The position numbers were made by a program, and so were the translations under genes. 64,000 nt of DNA from NCBI GenBank assembly GCA_943787445.1, contig CALSML010000025.1:1335-65334 (forward strand), in the 5' to 3' direction. This stretch comes from an uncultured Alphaproteobacteria bacterium (GTDB lineage Bacteria; Pseudomonadota; Alphaproteobacteria; UBA6615). Positions 27,743 to 38,075 of this stretch are shown piece after piece. The notes under the pieces were generated by a model. It did not search any database. It had not been told where the DNA came from and saw nothing but the letters and a program-made list of their open reading frames with translations. The first letter of the stretch is position 1; each line of letters begins with the position of its first letter.

Positions 27743-28627
27743 ATGCAGATTTTCAAAGACCGTGTTCCGTATTCCGCCATTGTTGACCGCCCGGCCTGGA
27801 AGCTGCCGGACGGCAAACGCATGGCTGTCTGGATTATCGCCAATGTCGAGGATTGGGATATTTCCCGCCCGATGCCGCGCACGGTTCTGCCGCCGCCCAT
27901 GGGCGTGCCCTTGTTGCCGGATTTGCCCAACTGGTCCTGGCATGAATACGGCATGCGTGTCGGGTTCTGGCGCATACGCGACGCGTTGCGTGACCGGGGC
28001 ATCAAGCCGACCATGGCGATCAATGGCCGTGTCTGCGAAAACTATCCGCGGATCGCCGAGGCCGCGCTCGAACTCGACTGGGAGTTCATGGGGCATGGCT
28101 ATCTGCAGGGCCCCATGCACAAGCATGACGATCAGCAGGAACAGATCGACCGCGCGGTTGCCGCGATTGAAAAATTCTCCGGCAAGAAGGTGCGTGGCTG
28201 GGAAAGCCCGGGCCTGACCGAGACCTTCCAGACCATCGATTTTCTGCGGCGTGCCGGGGTCGAGTATGTGGCCGACTGGGTGCTCGACGATCAGCCGGTG
28301 GAGATCGAAACCACCGACGGGCCGATGCTGTCTGTCCCCTATACGGTGGAAACCAACGACATCACCATGATGGCTTTACAGCAGCATTCATCTGACGAGA
28401 TGTTCAAACGCTCGAAGGATCAGTTCGACCGGCTCTATCAGGAGAGCGAGAACTCCGCGCGGGTCATGTCCATCAGCCTGCACATGTATCTCACGGGCGC
28501 CGCGCACCGGATCAAGTATTTCGAGGATATTCTCGACTACATCATGGGCCATTCCGACGTGGCCATTGTTCCGGGCGAGGACATCATGGACTGGTATCGG
28601 GCCGCCCATGCAGATGGGGCCGCGTAG
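27743..28627 (+). CDS. Polysaccharide deacetylase-fold hydrolase (PuuE-like, cytoplasmic)
   Basis: NVEDW, NWSWHEYGMRVG.WR, EFMGHG, GWESPG, DDQP, SLH. Confidence 0.88.
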   Translation: MQIFKDRVPYSAIVDRPAWKLPDGKRMAVWIIANVEDWDISRPMPRTVLPPPMGVPLLPDLPNWSWHEYGMRVGFWRIRDALRDRGIKPTMAINGRVCENYPRIAEAALELDWEFMGHGYLQGPMHKHDDQQEQIDRAVAAIEKFSGKKVRGWESPGLTETFQTIDFLRRAGVEYVADWVLDDQPVEIETTDGPMLSVPYTVETNDITMMALQQHSSDEMFKRSKDQFDRLYQESENSARVMSISLHMYLTGAAHRIKYFEDILDYIMGHSDVAIVPGEDIMDWYRAAHADGAA

Positions 28628-28651
28628 TCCGGCTGCGTGGGATCGGTTTTC

Positions 28652-29580
28652 ATGGCTTTACTTCTGACCCCGCCTGTCGAGGGCACATTGCAGACCTGGC
28701 GTGATGGTATCCTTGCGGAAATTCCGGATCTGGAAATCCGTCTCTGGCCCGATGTGGGTGACCCTGCGGATATCCATTATCTGCTCATCGGTCGCTTTGA
28801 TCTTGCCGATTTGCCGGAGCTCCCGAATTTGCGGTTTCTGATGCCGATGTTTGCCGGCATCGACCATCTGGTGGCGCATCCCAACATGCCCGATGTACCG
28901 ATTGTCCGCACGGGGCCGCCGGAGGGTGACCCGGCGATGACGGAATACGCGATCCTTCATGTGCTGCGTCATCATCGTCATATGCCCGACTATCTGGCCC
29001 AGCAGCGGCGCAGGGAATGGACGGTAATCCCGCAGAAACTGCCCCGTCATCAACGGGTCGGTTTCATGGGGTTCGGAACCATGGCCGAACCACCCGCCCG
29101 TACCCTGAACGGATTGGGGTTTGATGTCGCGGCCTGGGTGCGTAAAGAGCGTGAGGACCCGGATATCGAAATGTTCTGCGGTGCAGGGGCGCTGACTGCG
29201 TTTTTGGGGCGCACGGATATTTGGTCTGTCTGTTGCCGCTCACAGCCGAGACAGAGGGTATTCTGAATGCCGAGGCCTTTGCCGCATTGCCGGAAGGGGC
29301 CGCGGTGATCAATCTAGGTCGTGGTGCGCATCTGGTGGATGCTGACCTGATCGCCGCTCTGGATTCCGGGCATCTCTCTGGGGCGACGCTGGATGCCACA
29401 AAGCCGGAACCGCTGCCCGCGGACAGTCCGTTCTGGCTCCATGATCGTGTTACGATCATGCCCCACACCGCGCGTCGGGTTCGCCCGGACACGGTTGGCT
29501 CACAGGTGGCCGAGGCCGTCAGGCTGGATCGGGTCGGGAAACCACAAATCTGGGCGGTTGACCGCTCGGCTGGATACTAG
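28652..29580 (+). CDS. Glyoxylate/hydroxypyruvate reductase A-like 2-hydroxyacid dehydrogenase, split by a 1-nt deletion near 29220
   Basis: AGIDH, MTEY, GFMGFGTMA; then in a shifted frame VCLLPLT.ET, INLGRG, EPLP, PH; one T missing from GATATTTGGTC. Confidence 0.8.
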
Positions 29581-29593
29581 ACGGAGAAATAGC

Positions 29594-30388
29594 ATGGCAT
29601 TGAACGACGCACAGGTGGCCAAGGCGGCCGATCTTCTGGCCGAAACCTTCCAGGCCCGAACGACCATCGATGCCCTGCCGGAGGATTGCGCACCGGCAAA
29701 TGCGGCTGAGGCCGTACAGGTGCAAATCGCGATGCTGGAGCGGCTTGGTCTCGAAGCTTCGGGTTATAAGGCCGGTTTCACCAATCCGCCGATGCTGGAA
29801 AAGGCCGGTCCGGACGGACCGATGTACGGCGTGATGTTTCGTGATTTCACGATTTCCAGTGGCGGATTACTTAAACGTTCGGATGTGGGGCCGGGCGCTC
29901 TGATCGAAGCCGAGGTTTCGTTCCGTATGGGAGTTGATCTGCCGGCGCGTGACGGTGGGTATACTGATGACGAAGTCATGTCTGCCGTGGACAGTGCGAT
30001 TGTCGGGATCGAGTTTGCCGTGCCACGCCTGAACAATCCGTTGGGCCAGCCGATGGTCCATCTCGCAGCCGATAACGGCGCAGCCATGGCCTATGTCGCC
30101 GGGCCTGATATCGCGGACTGGGCGTCCCGCGACCTTCGGGAACTGGAAATCGAACTGCTGTTCGACGGGGTGGTCGTTTCCGAGGGTCTGCCGCTGCCCG
30201 CACGGTGCGACGAGCGCTGGGCGCTGGCCCAGACGATCAACCATTTCTCGGCGCGCGGGATCGGGATCGCTGCGGGTGACCTGATCACCACCGGTGCGGC
30301 TGCCGCACCGATACCGCTGGGCACGGCGTCCGAGGTTGTGGCGCGGTTTGCGGGTACTGGCGACGTCCGCGTGTCGATCGAGGACTGA
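29594..30388 (+). CDS. 2-keto-4-pentenoate hydratase / FAH superfamily protein
   Basis: GYKAGFT, IEAEVSF, ADNG, AGDLITTG. Confidence 0.82.
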   Translation: MALNDAQVAKAADLLAETFQARTTIDALPEDCAPANAAEAVQVQIAMLERLGLEASGYKAGFTNPPMLEKAGPDGPMYGVMFRDFTISSGGLLKRSDVGPGALIEAEVSFRMGVDLPARDGGYTDDEVMSAVDSAIVGIEFAVPRLNNPLGQPMVHLAADNGAAMAYVAGPDIADWASRDLRELEIELLFDGVVVSEGLPLPARCDERWALAQTINHFSARGIGIAAGDLITTGAAAAPIPLGTASEVVARFAGTGDVRVSIED

Positions 30389-31149
30389 TGGGGCTGCGTG
30401 GGGTCTTTCTGAGGTTTGCGGCGCTGTTGGTCTGGAGCGGCGTGGCGATCGCGGCCGACGCGGACCTAGACGCGCTGAAGAAACGTCTGTTCCCGGGCAT
30501 CAAGGGCGAAGACAACCGCCGGATCATCGACAGCAGTGACTATCCCTGGAGTGCGATTGGCCTGGTGAACAGCCGGTTGGGCGGATTCTGCACCGGAACG
30601 GTGATCGGACCGCGTGACGTTCTGACCGCCGCCCATTGCCTCTGGAACAAGCGCACGCGCAGCTGGCTGGTTCCCGATGCGATCAAATTTCTGGCCGGAT
30701 ATCGGCGCAGGGATTTTATCGCTCATGGCAAGGTGGGTGACTATACGCTGGCCGATCCGCTGGTCACGCCAAATGACGGTGCACGCTTTCGCCCTCATGA
30801 CTGGGCGATCCTGCATCTGGCCGAACCGATTGATGGTATCACCGGGATGTTGCCACTGGGCCTGCCCGGGACGCCTGTGCGCGAGTACCTTCAGGCAGGT
30901 TAAAGTAAAGACAAGCAGCATATTCTGACGGTCGATGAGGGGTGCAAGGTCGATGACACACCGCGTCGGGACAAGCTGCTGTTGCACAAATGCGATGCCG
31001 TCAGCGGGGATTCCGGATCTCCCATACTGGGGATCGCCGGAGACACGCTGGTTGTAATCGGGGTGCACATCGCGACACGTCGCTACAAAAAGGGTGAAAG
31101 CACCGGCATTGCGATCCCGACTGATTCCGTGTCGGAAGCGACCCGTTAG
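30388..31149 (+). pseudogene. Secreted trypsin-like (V8-type) serine protease with in-frame TAA at 30901-30903
   Basis: Signal peptide, PWSAIG, CTG, TAAHC, DWAIL; after the stop, in the same frame, CDAVSGDSGSP. Confidence 0.8.
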
Positions 31150-31224
31150 CCCCGGTTGGCCCTTGTCTTATGCGGGTTGAGGACATAATTCTGATCAGAC
31201 ACTGCAACGGATACGGTACCGAAC

Positions 31225-31824
31225 ATGGCTGAAGCCGACACAAGCAACGTCTCACCTGTCGTTGATGCCCTGATCAACCGGGCGTCCATGCCGCCGCGGC
31301 TGTTCAGTGATGCCGCGCCGGCGCGCGCGGATGTCGAACGGATGCTGGACGCTGCGATGAGCGCGCCAGATCATGGTGCGGTCCATCCGTGGCGGTTCCA
31401 CATTATTGAAGGTGAAGCGCGCAACCGGCTGGGTGATCTGTTTGCTGAAGTCCTGCTGGACCGCGATCCCTTTGCGCCGACCGCCGCGATCGAGAAGGCC
31501 AAGGCACGACCATTGCGCGCACCGCTGATTATCACGGTCTGTGCCAAGGTTGATCCGTCGCGGGCGCCGAAGATTCCCGTTGTCGAGCAGGTCGTCACGG
31601 CTGCAGCGGCGATGGAACATCTGGTGATCGCCGCGCAGGCCATGGGGTATGGCGCGATCATCCTGACGGGCCCCAATGCCCATGCGGGCAAGGTGCGCGT
31701 GGCCTTTGGACTGGATCGGGAAGACGAGCTTCTGGGCTTTGTCTACATCGGCTGCGCTGATGAACCGGCACCGGCGAAAGAGCGCCCGAATGCTGCCGAC
31801 TACACCAGCGAGTGGAACGGCTGA
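31225..31824 (+). CDS. Nitroreductase family protein (YdjA-like)
   Basis: R.S, APDHG..PWRF, RAPLII, A.AMGYG, GFVYIG. Confidence 0.9.
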   Translation: MAEADTSNVSPVVDALINRASMPPRLFSDAAPARADVERMLDAAMSAPDHGAVHPWRFHIIEGEARNRLGDLFAEVLLDRDPFAPTAAIEKAKARPLRAPLIITVCAKVDPSRAPKIPVVEQVVTAAAAMEHLVIAAQAMGYGAIILTGPNAHAGKVRVAFGLDREDELLGFVYIGCADEPAPAKERPNAADYTSEWNG

Positions 31825-31836
31825 CCGCAGACAGCA

Positions 31837-31868
31837 AAACGCCCCGCCGGTGAGGGCGGGGCGCTGTT
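31837..31868. terminator. Bidirectional terminator
   Basis: AAAACGCCCCGCC-GGTGAG-GGCGGGGCG-CTGTT. Confidence 0.7.
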
Positions 31869-31893
31869 CGATATTGCAGTACCCGCTGGTGGA

Positions 31894-32922
31894 TTAGAAA
31901 GTTTCGTTCCAGTGCACCATGGGAAGCCCGGCCACCGGTGAGGTGAAGTAGGGCAGGTTGGTTGAGCGCAGGCTGCCAACATAGACCGTCTTCAGATCCG
32001 GACCGCCGAAGGTGACCGAAGCGCACCATTTGGCAATGTCGCCGCCGCATTCGAGCAGCAGCTCGGCGGTGACCTCGGATTTCTGGAAGGCATCGTTCAG
32101 CTTCTTCACTTCGGCCGGATTGGAATCATCAAAGATGATGTGCAGATCACCGTCCGGCTTGATGGCAAAGATGCCGTCATTCATCACATGGGTGCCCCAC
32201 AGATTGCCGAAACTGTCGAAGGCAATACCGTCGATCAGACGTCCATGGTCCGTCGGGCCATAGATTTCCTTGCCGGAGAGACTTCCGTCTTCGCCGATCC
32301 TGTAGCGGGCAATGTTGCGGCCACAGGTCTGCACCACATAGAGCCATTCCTCATTCGCGTCGAGTTTGCACTCGTTGGAGAAATGCACGTCGTCCGCAAC
32401 GATCCGGACGCCCTTGCCCTCTTCATAGAGCAGGATGCGGCCGTCGATGATGTCGGGGCTGATGGCTTTCGGCCAGTCATGAAGCATGGTCGAGATGGTG
32501 ATCCAAATGCGGTTCTTGCTGTCGCGGGCCACGAAGTTGACCTTGCCGATTTCCTCGCCATCGACGCTGTCGAACATGACTTCGGTTTCGCCGGTGCGCG
32601 TCATGCGTTCCAGGCAATCGGTTCCGAAATTCGAAATTAGGATGTCGCCATTGGCAGCAAAGGCGAGACCGTTGGGCAGTGTGCCGTCCACGAATTTTGA
32701 CGCATCGTCATCAGTGGATTGAAACGCATCGGCGTCATGCGACTGGGTAATGATCGACTGGCTGCCATCGGGGACAATGCGCACCACGCCGCCGCGCGCA
32801 TCCGCGGACCACAAGGTGCCGTCCTTTTCCGCAAGGATGCATTCCGGACGCTGCAGATCGCTGCCGATGAACTTGAAGTCGTCTTTGGTGAGGGTAAACC
32901 CGTCAATAGGATTGGCTGACAT
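31894..32922 (-). CDS. SMP-30/gluconolactonase family beta-propeller
   Basis: RPEC, PNG, DGIAFDSFGNLW, SVTFGGPDLKTVYVG. Confidence 0.88.
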   Translation of the reverse strand: MSANPIDGFTLTKDDFKFIGSDLQRPECILAEKDGTLWSADARGGVVRIVPDGSQSIITQSHDADAFQSTDDDASKFVDGTLPNGLAFAANGDILISNFGTDCLERMTRTGETEVMFDSVDGEEIGKVNFVARDSKNRIWITISTMLHDWPKAISPDIIDGRILLYEEGKGVRIVADDVHFSNECKLDANEEWLYVVQTCGRNIARYRIGEDGSLSGKEIYGPTDHGRLIDGIAFDSFGNLWGTHVMNDGIFAIKPDGDLHIIFDDSNPAEVKKLNDAFQKSEVTAELLLECGGDIAKWCASVTFGGPDLKTVYVGSLRSTNLPYFTSPVAGLPMVHWNETF

Positions 32923-33024
32923 TTGTCTCGTCCTCGGTTGTTGTTGTTCTGGTGCCGAAATCGCCGCGCGACAGAGGCCGCGCGGCGTCTCTAATTTTCG
33001 GCTTTGGCGAGTTCCGGCCTGTGG

Positions 33025-33960
33025 CTAGAACTTCACCATATCGCCGCCCTTGAGATCGAGGATCTCACGGGCTTCGTCGGGCGTGGCAACCTCGAGCGAG
33101 AGGTCTTCCACGATCCGGCGGATCTTGGCGACCTGCTGGGCATTCGATTCTGCCAGCTTGCCCTTGGCGATGAAGAGTGAGTCTTCCAGGCCGACACGCA
33201 CGCTGCCGCCCATCAGAGCCGACTGGGTGGTGAAGTTCATCTGGTGACGGCCTGCCGCCAGAACGGAGAAGACATAGTCGTCGCCGAAGAGTTTGTCGGC
33301 GGTCGCCTTCATGTGCATCAGATGCTCAAGGTCAGCGCCGATGCCGCCCATGATTCCGAAGATGAACTGCAGGAAGATCGGACCCTTCAGGCGACCGGTC
33401 GAGTAGAAGTAATGGGTGTTGTAGAGATGGCTGACGTCGTAGCACTCATGCTCGAACTTCACACCGCGCTTATCGTGCAACTCGGTGATGATGTATTCCA
33501 TCTGCTTGAAGGTGTTGGTGAAGATGAAGTCGTCGGTCATCTCCAGATACGGCTTCTCCCAGTCGTACTTCCAGTCCTCGTAGCGATTGGCCAGACCGAA
33601 GATGCCGAAGTTCATCGAACCCATGTTGAAGGAGGTGACTTCCGGCTCTGCAACGACGGCGGCAGCTATACGCTCGTCGACGGTCATGCCTAGGCCACCA
33701 CCGGTCGTGATGTTCACGACGGCATCGGTGTTCTGCTTGATGCGCGGCAGGAACTGCATGAAGACGTCGGGATCCGGCGTCGGCTTGCCGTTCTCGGGAT
33801 CGCGTGCATGAAGATGGATGATCGAAGCACCGGCTTCGGCCGCCTCGATCGAGGATTGTGCGATCTCGTCGGGCGTGATCGGAATGTGGTCCGACATGGT
33901 CGGTGTGTGAATGGCGCCTGTTACCGCGCAAGAAATAATTACTTTGGACTGTTTCGCCAT
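33025..33960 (-). CDS. Beta-keto acid cleavage enzyme (BKACE/Kce, DUF849)
   Basis: CAVTGAIHTP, AGASIIHLHARD, NMGSMNF, ECYD, RVGLED. Confidence 0.93.
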   Translation of the reverse strand: MAKQSKVIISCAVTGAIHTPTMSDHIPITPDEIAQSSIEAAEAGASIIHLHARDPENGKPTPDPDVFMQFLPRIKQNTDAVVNITTGGGLGMTVDERIAAAVVAEPEVTSFNMGSMNFGIFGLANRYEDWKYDWEKPYLEMTDDFIFTNTFKQMEYIITELHDKRGVKFEHECYDVSHLYNTHYFYSTGRLKGPIFLQFIFGIMGGIGADLEHLMHMKATADKLFGDDYVFSVLAAGRHQMNFTTQSALMGGSVRVGLEDSLFIAKGKLAESNAQQVAKIRRIVEDLSLEVATPDEAREILDLKGGDMVKF

Positions 33961-34158
33961 GGAAGTTCCCCCTGAGGCCGAAGTTATTCTGTTTGTTGTA
34001 CCGTTAACCCGATCATGGGTTCACCGGAGTTGCGCTGTCCACCCGCAAGATATCCGGCTTCACAGACGTGAAACTGACCGGGCGGGGCAGCGATCCCCCA
34101 TTTGTTATGCGTCGAAAGTACAAGGGCACTCTGATCAAGTCCAGAACCCGCGCGCGAA

Positions 34159-34953
34159 TTAGCCGTGCTCGAAACTCGTGATTCCGTAGATCTGGGACAG
34201 TGGCAGTTCGGGGGCCGAACCGCGGTACATGCGAGCGGTCTCGAACACCGGGGAGAGCCTGCGTTTGCGGCACAGTTCGACCGCCGGCGCGTTGGGTTCC
34301 GGCGGGTCGACGCAGACGCTCTCGCAGCCGGACCGGCGGACCAGAGCATCGAAGATGTTTGCTGCAATGGCCGGTGTGTCGGCAAAGTGCGGGCCGATCT
34401 TGTGACCGTCGCGGCTTGGACGGATCACGCCATAGCCCTCGAGATGCTCTTCCGAATGAGAGACAACCCCCAGATGTCCTGGTGTTGTCAGCCATAACTC
34501 GAGGAATGCGCGACGGGCCGCAGGGAAGCAGGTCCGGTCATAGGCGGCAATGGCGTCGAGATGCCCGGCTGTGACGGTTGTCAGCCAGTCCGGATCGGAG
34601 GACAGGCCTGTTGGTACGCCGCCATAGCGAAGATTGCGATGGGCCAGGGGAATGACCGGATTTCCGGCAGTTATCCTGCTAGTCGACGACCCCTCGAGCC
34701 CGATGCCCTGACCGCGAATGGCCGGATCGGCGATATAGAAGCCCAGAAAGGAGAACGCCGAGCTGTACTGAACGAGGGACATGCAGGCCAGCATCTGATC
34801 GTCCTGTCGTGCGACCTAAAACCCCGTCGGATCGGCAGTATGGAAGCTGTCGGCATCGCGGAGGCCGGGGTTCCAGCCTTCACGCGCGGCCCAGTCGACC
34901 ATGGTGTCGAGATCGCTTCGGGAGGCCCGTTCGAAGACCACACTATTCCCCAT
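34159..34953 (-). pseudogene. Degraded GNAT acetyltransferase (YitH-like)
   Basis: DWAAREGWNPG, in-frame TAG at 34816-34818, FLGFYI, disrupted middle region, YDRTCFPA.R.AFL, KIGP, FETARMY.G. Confidence 0.8.
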
Positions 34954-34959
34954 GGGTGC

Positions 34960-35880
34960 TTATAGTCCCCAGCGAAGGGCGAGAGGATCGAGACCGCGGG
35001 AGAGATCCAGTAGTGTATCTCGTACTGCCGGTGCAAGGGGCGGAATTGGATGCCGGCAGAAATCCGATGCAATGACCCCGCCTTCCTTCAGAACCGCTTT
35101 GGCGGCCCGGAAGCCACATAGTCGGTTTTCGAGATTGATCAGGGGCAGAACCCGCTCATAGACGGCTTTGGCGGCGGATCGATCTCCGTCCAGGTGGGAC
35201 ATGATGGCCGGGCGGATGAGATCGGGCAGAAGTGCCGAGGTCATGCATCCGGTGGCACCGGCATCCAGATCGGCCAGCAGGGTGATGCCTTCTTCGCCGT
35301 CAAACGGCCCTTCGATGGCATCACCCCCGGCTGCGATCAGTGCCTGCAGTTTGTTAGCCGCCTGGGCACACTCGATCTTGAAACAGGTTACAGCCTCGAT
35401 CTCGCGAGCCATGCGCACCAGCAGATCCACGGACAACTCGACCCCGGACATGGGCGCATCCTGCACCATTATCGGTATGCCAGCGCTTCCGGCTGCCTCG
35501 AACTGGGCAAAGGTCTGGTCGGGCGTTCCCCGCATCAGCGCGCCGTGATAGGGCGGCATCAGCATGATCATGGCGGCACCGAGCTCTGCCGCCTGACGGG
35601 CCCGGGCGACCACGATATCGGTCGCGAAATGGCTGCAGGTAACGATCACCGGCACGCGTCCGGCGACATGTTCAAGGCAGAGCCGGGTGAGTGTGTCTCG
35701 CTCGGCATCGGAAAGCAGGAACTGCTCGGAAAAATTCGCGAGGATGCAGATGCCATCGACGCCCTGGTCGATCATGCAGTTGAGCACACGCTTCATACCG
35801 TCGAGGTCAATCGTGCCGTCGTCGTGAAACGGGGTTGGGGCGACGGGCCAGACGCCGGTGTAAGTGAGTTTCGATATCAT
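34960..35880 (-). CDS. DHDPS-family protein resembling L-2-keto-3-deoxyarabonate dehydratase (AraD of the oxidative arabinose pathway)
   Basis: CILANFSEQF, MPPYHGA, QDAP, FKIE, GPFDGEE.ITLLADL.AGATG, DPL.LRW. Confidence 0.82.
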   Translation of the reverse strand: MISKLTYTGVWPVAPTPFHDDGTIDLDGMKRVLNCMIDQGVDGICILANFSEQFLLSDAERDTLTRLCLEHVAGRVPVIVTCSHFATDIVVARARQAAELGAAMIMLMPPYHGALMRGTPDQTFAQFEAAGSAGIPIMVQDAPMSGVELSVDLLVRMAREIEAVTCFKIECAQAANKLQALIAAGGDAIEGPFDGEEGITLLADLDAGATGCMTSALLPDLIRPAIMSHLDGDRSAAKAVYERVLPLINLENRLCGFRAAKAVLKEGGVIASDFCRHPIPPLAPAVRDTLLDLSRGLDPLALRWGL

Positions 35881-36039
35881 GGCTGAATTTCCTCTTTTCA
35901 TCGGCGTCGATGCCTGCCCAACCAAATATTAACCATATTCCTGCTCAATAGCCGCAACTTGCGCCGGATGAGGCGATGACAACACCAAGGCTCCGTATAT
36001 CAAAGTGACCACTCTGGAACGTCAGAATACGACCGCTGT

Positions 36040-36693
36040 CAGCGCCGTGGCTGGAATGAAATCTATGCTCGTGGTGAGGAACCGAATGAAGAGCCCTGGA
36101 CCAATGTGGTTTCGTTCGTCCATCGGTTTGTCCTGAAGAACGCGACGGGACCGGTCTCGTTTCTGGAACTGGGATGTGGTTCCGGCCCGAATCTTCGGTT
36201 TACGCCGCGCATTAGCTTGGATTGCACGGGCATTGATGCCAGCGAAGTTGCCGTTGAAGTCTGCAATGCCCGTCTGGAACGGGATGGGCTCCGCGCCGAT
36301 GTGCTGCATTGTCCGTTCGGGAGATTGCCATTCCCCGATCAGTCCTTTAATTGCGTGGTCGATCGCGCCTCGCTGATGTTTGCTGATCCGGCGACACTGG
36401 ATGAAACGGTTGCTGAGGTGCATCGCGTGCTTAAGCCGGGTGGGCACTTCTTTCTCAACACCATTGCCGATGGTGTAGCCGCCACACTGGTGGCCACGGA
36501 TACGGATGACGGGTCTTCGGATACGGATCTGTATGCGAAATATCCCGATTTCTGTCTGACTTCCGCGTCTGCCCTGGCGACACGGTTCGGGGCGGGCTGG
36601 GTCTCACCCGAGGTCAAGCGGGTGGAGCGGACGGTCTATGTGCCCACGCTTGATGTCACCGCCGAGTGGGAACTGGTTCTGCAGAAGGTCTGA
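36040..36693 (+). CDS. Class I SAM-dependent methyltransferase; 5' end unclear
   Basis: LELGCGSG, GIDAS, LPFPDQSF, EVHRVLKPGG; the frame extends upstream through WNEIY..EPW without a start codon. Confidence 0.75.
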   Translation, partial: QRRGWNEIYARGEEPNEEPWTNVVSFVHRFVLKNATGPVSFLELGCGSGPNLRFTPRISLDCTGIDASEVAVEVCNARLERDGLRADVLHCPFGRLPFPDQSFNCVVDRASLMFADPATLDETVAEVHRVLKPGGHFFLNTIADGVAATLVATDTDDGSSDTDLYAKYPDFCLTSASALATRFGAGWVSPEVKRVERTVYVPTLDVTAEWELVLQKV

Positions 36694-36779
36694 ACCCGGG
36701 TTTTCTCCGCCAGCGTTCGGTTGACAGGTTCCCCGGCTGGAACGTTCAATGCATCCCGACAATCGGGAAGGATTGAACC

Positions 36780-38045
36780 ATGTCCGAAACACTTTTTATC
36801 AATGTCGTTATCATTGATGGCACCGCTGCACCGGCCTTTTCCGGACAGGTTCTGGTCAAAGGCGACCGCATTGCCGATGTGGCGCGCGAAGGTGCTTCAA
36901 TCGATGCCCCGAATGCCAAAACCGTTGATGGGAGCGGGGCCACGCTGATGCCCGGGATGACGGATGCCCATGCGCATCTGAGCTTTCTCGATGCAGGGAC
37001 GCTGGGTGAGCTGACGAACCTTACCCCGGAACGCCACGTACTCGAGACGGCCAAGAACGCCCGCAAGTTGCTCGATCACGGCTTTACCAGCATGTTCAGT
37101 GGTAGTTCGGCCCGTGACAACACAGATATTGCGATCCGCGATTCGATCAATGCGGGGGATATTCCCGGCCCGCGTTTGCTGGCGGCAACCCGGCAGATGA
37201 CCGTTTCCGGCGGATTTGGCGACATCGAAAAGGACGACGCGTATTCACTGGTCCTCAATGGCCCCGATGAATTCCGCAAGGCCAGCCGGGAAGCGGCCCG
37301 CCGCGGTGTTGATATCCTGAAGATCGTGCCGTCGGCACCGGGGTCGGGAAAAGACGTGCTGGCGGAAGACACCGCAATGACGGATGCCGAGGTTGCCGCT
37401 GTCTGTGAGGTCGCGCATCAGCGGAACCGAGCCGTGGCGGCGCATGCGCGCTCTGCCGAGGCCGTGAAGATGTGTGTCCGCAACGGCGTGAAGATGATTT
37501 ACCACGCTACGCTGGCGGATGAAGAAGCCAAGGATATGCTGGAAGCCCGCAAGGGCAGCGTGTTTGTGGCACCGGCCATGGGATTGCCCTATGGACGGCT
37601 GAAGGAAGGCGAATCCTACGGGGTTTCCACTGATGACTACACGCGCGCGCGGGCCGAGAAGGAAATCGAAACGGTCAGTGCGAATATGGATGAATTGAAG
37701 TCCCGTGGCGTGCGGGTGCTGCCAGGGGGCGACTACGGATTCAAGTGGAATCCCCATGGCAGAAATGCCCGTGATCTCTTTATGTTCGTTGAGCTTTTCG
37801 GGTTTTCACCGCTTGAGGCCATTCGGGCCGCGACCGCTCATGGCGGCGCACTGATGGGGATGGAAGGCGAGCTTGGTCTTGTCACAAAAGGTGCCTTTGC
37901 AGACCTGCTTCTGGTGGACGGAGATCCGGTGAAGGATATTCAGATTTTGCAGGACAGGGATCGCCTGCTGGCGATCATGAAAAACGGTGACTTCCACAAG
38001 ACACCGTCCGTAGAGCGTGCACAGGCACAGGTTGCGGCCGAATAG
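36780..38045 (+). CDS. Metal-dependent amidohydrolase (prolidase-like subgroup)
   Basis: MPGMTDAHAH, PGPRL, LKI, AAHAR, YHAT, GGD, ADLLLVDGDP. Confidence 0.9.
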   Translation: MSETLFINVVIIDGTAAPAFSGQVLVKGDRIADVAREGASIDAPNAKTVDGSGATLMPGMTDAHAHLSFLDAGTLGELTNLTPERHVLETAKNARKLLDHGFTSMFSGSSARDNTDIAIRDSINAGDIPGPRLLAATRQMTVSGGFGDIEKDDAYSLVLNGPDEFRKASREAARRGVDILKIVPSAPGSGKDVLAEDTAMTDAEVAAVCEVAHQRNRAVAAHARSAEAVKMCVRNGVKMIYHATLADEEAKDMLEARKGSVFVAPAMGLPYGRLKEGESYGVSTDDYTRARAEKEIETVSANMDELKSRGVRVLPGGDYGFKWNPHGRNARDLFMFVELFGFSPLEAIRAATAHGGALMGMEGELGLVTKGAFADLLLVDGDPVKDIQILQDRDRLLAIMKNGDFHKTPSVERAQAQVAAE

Positions 38046-38075
38046 GCCCAGTACGAACGATTTTCGGAGATACCC

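Noticed and set aside
30901-30903. Genome-wide reassignment of TAA to Tyr
   Set aside because: TAA ends many genes at their natural C-termini here (e.g. 21869, 39044, 44443, 51136, 61166).
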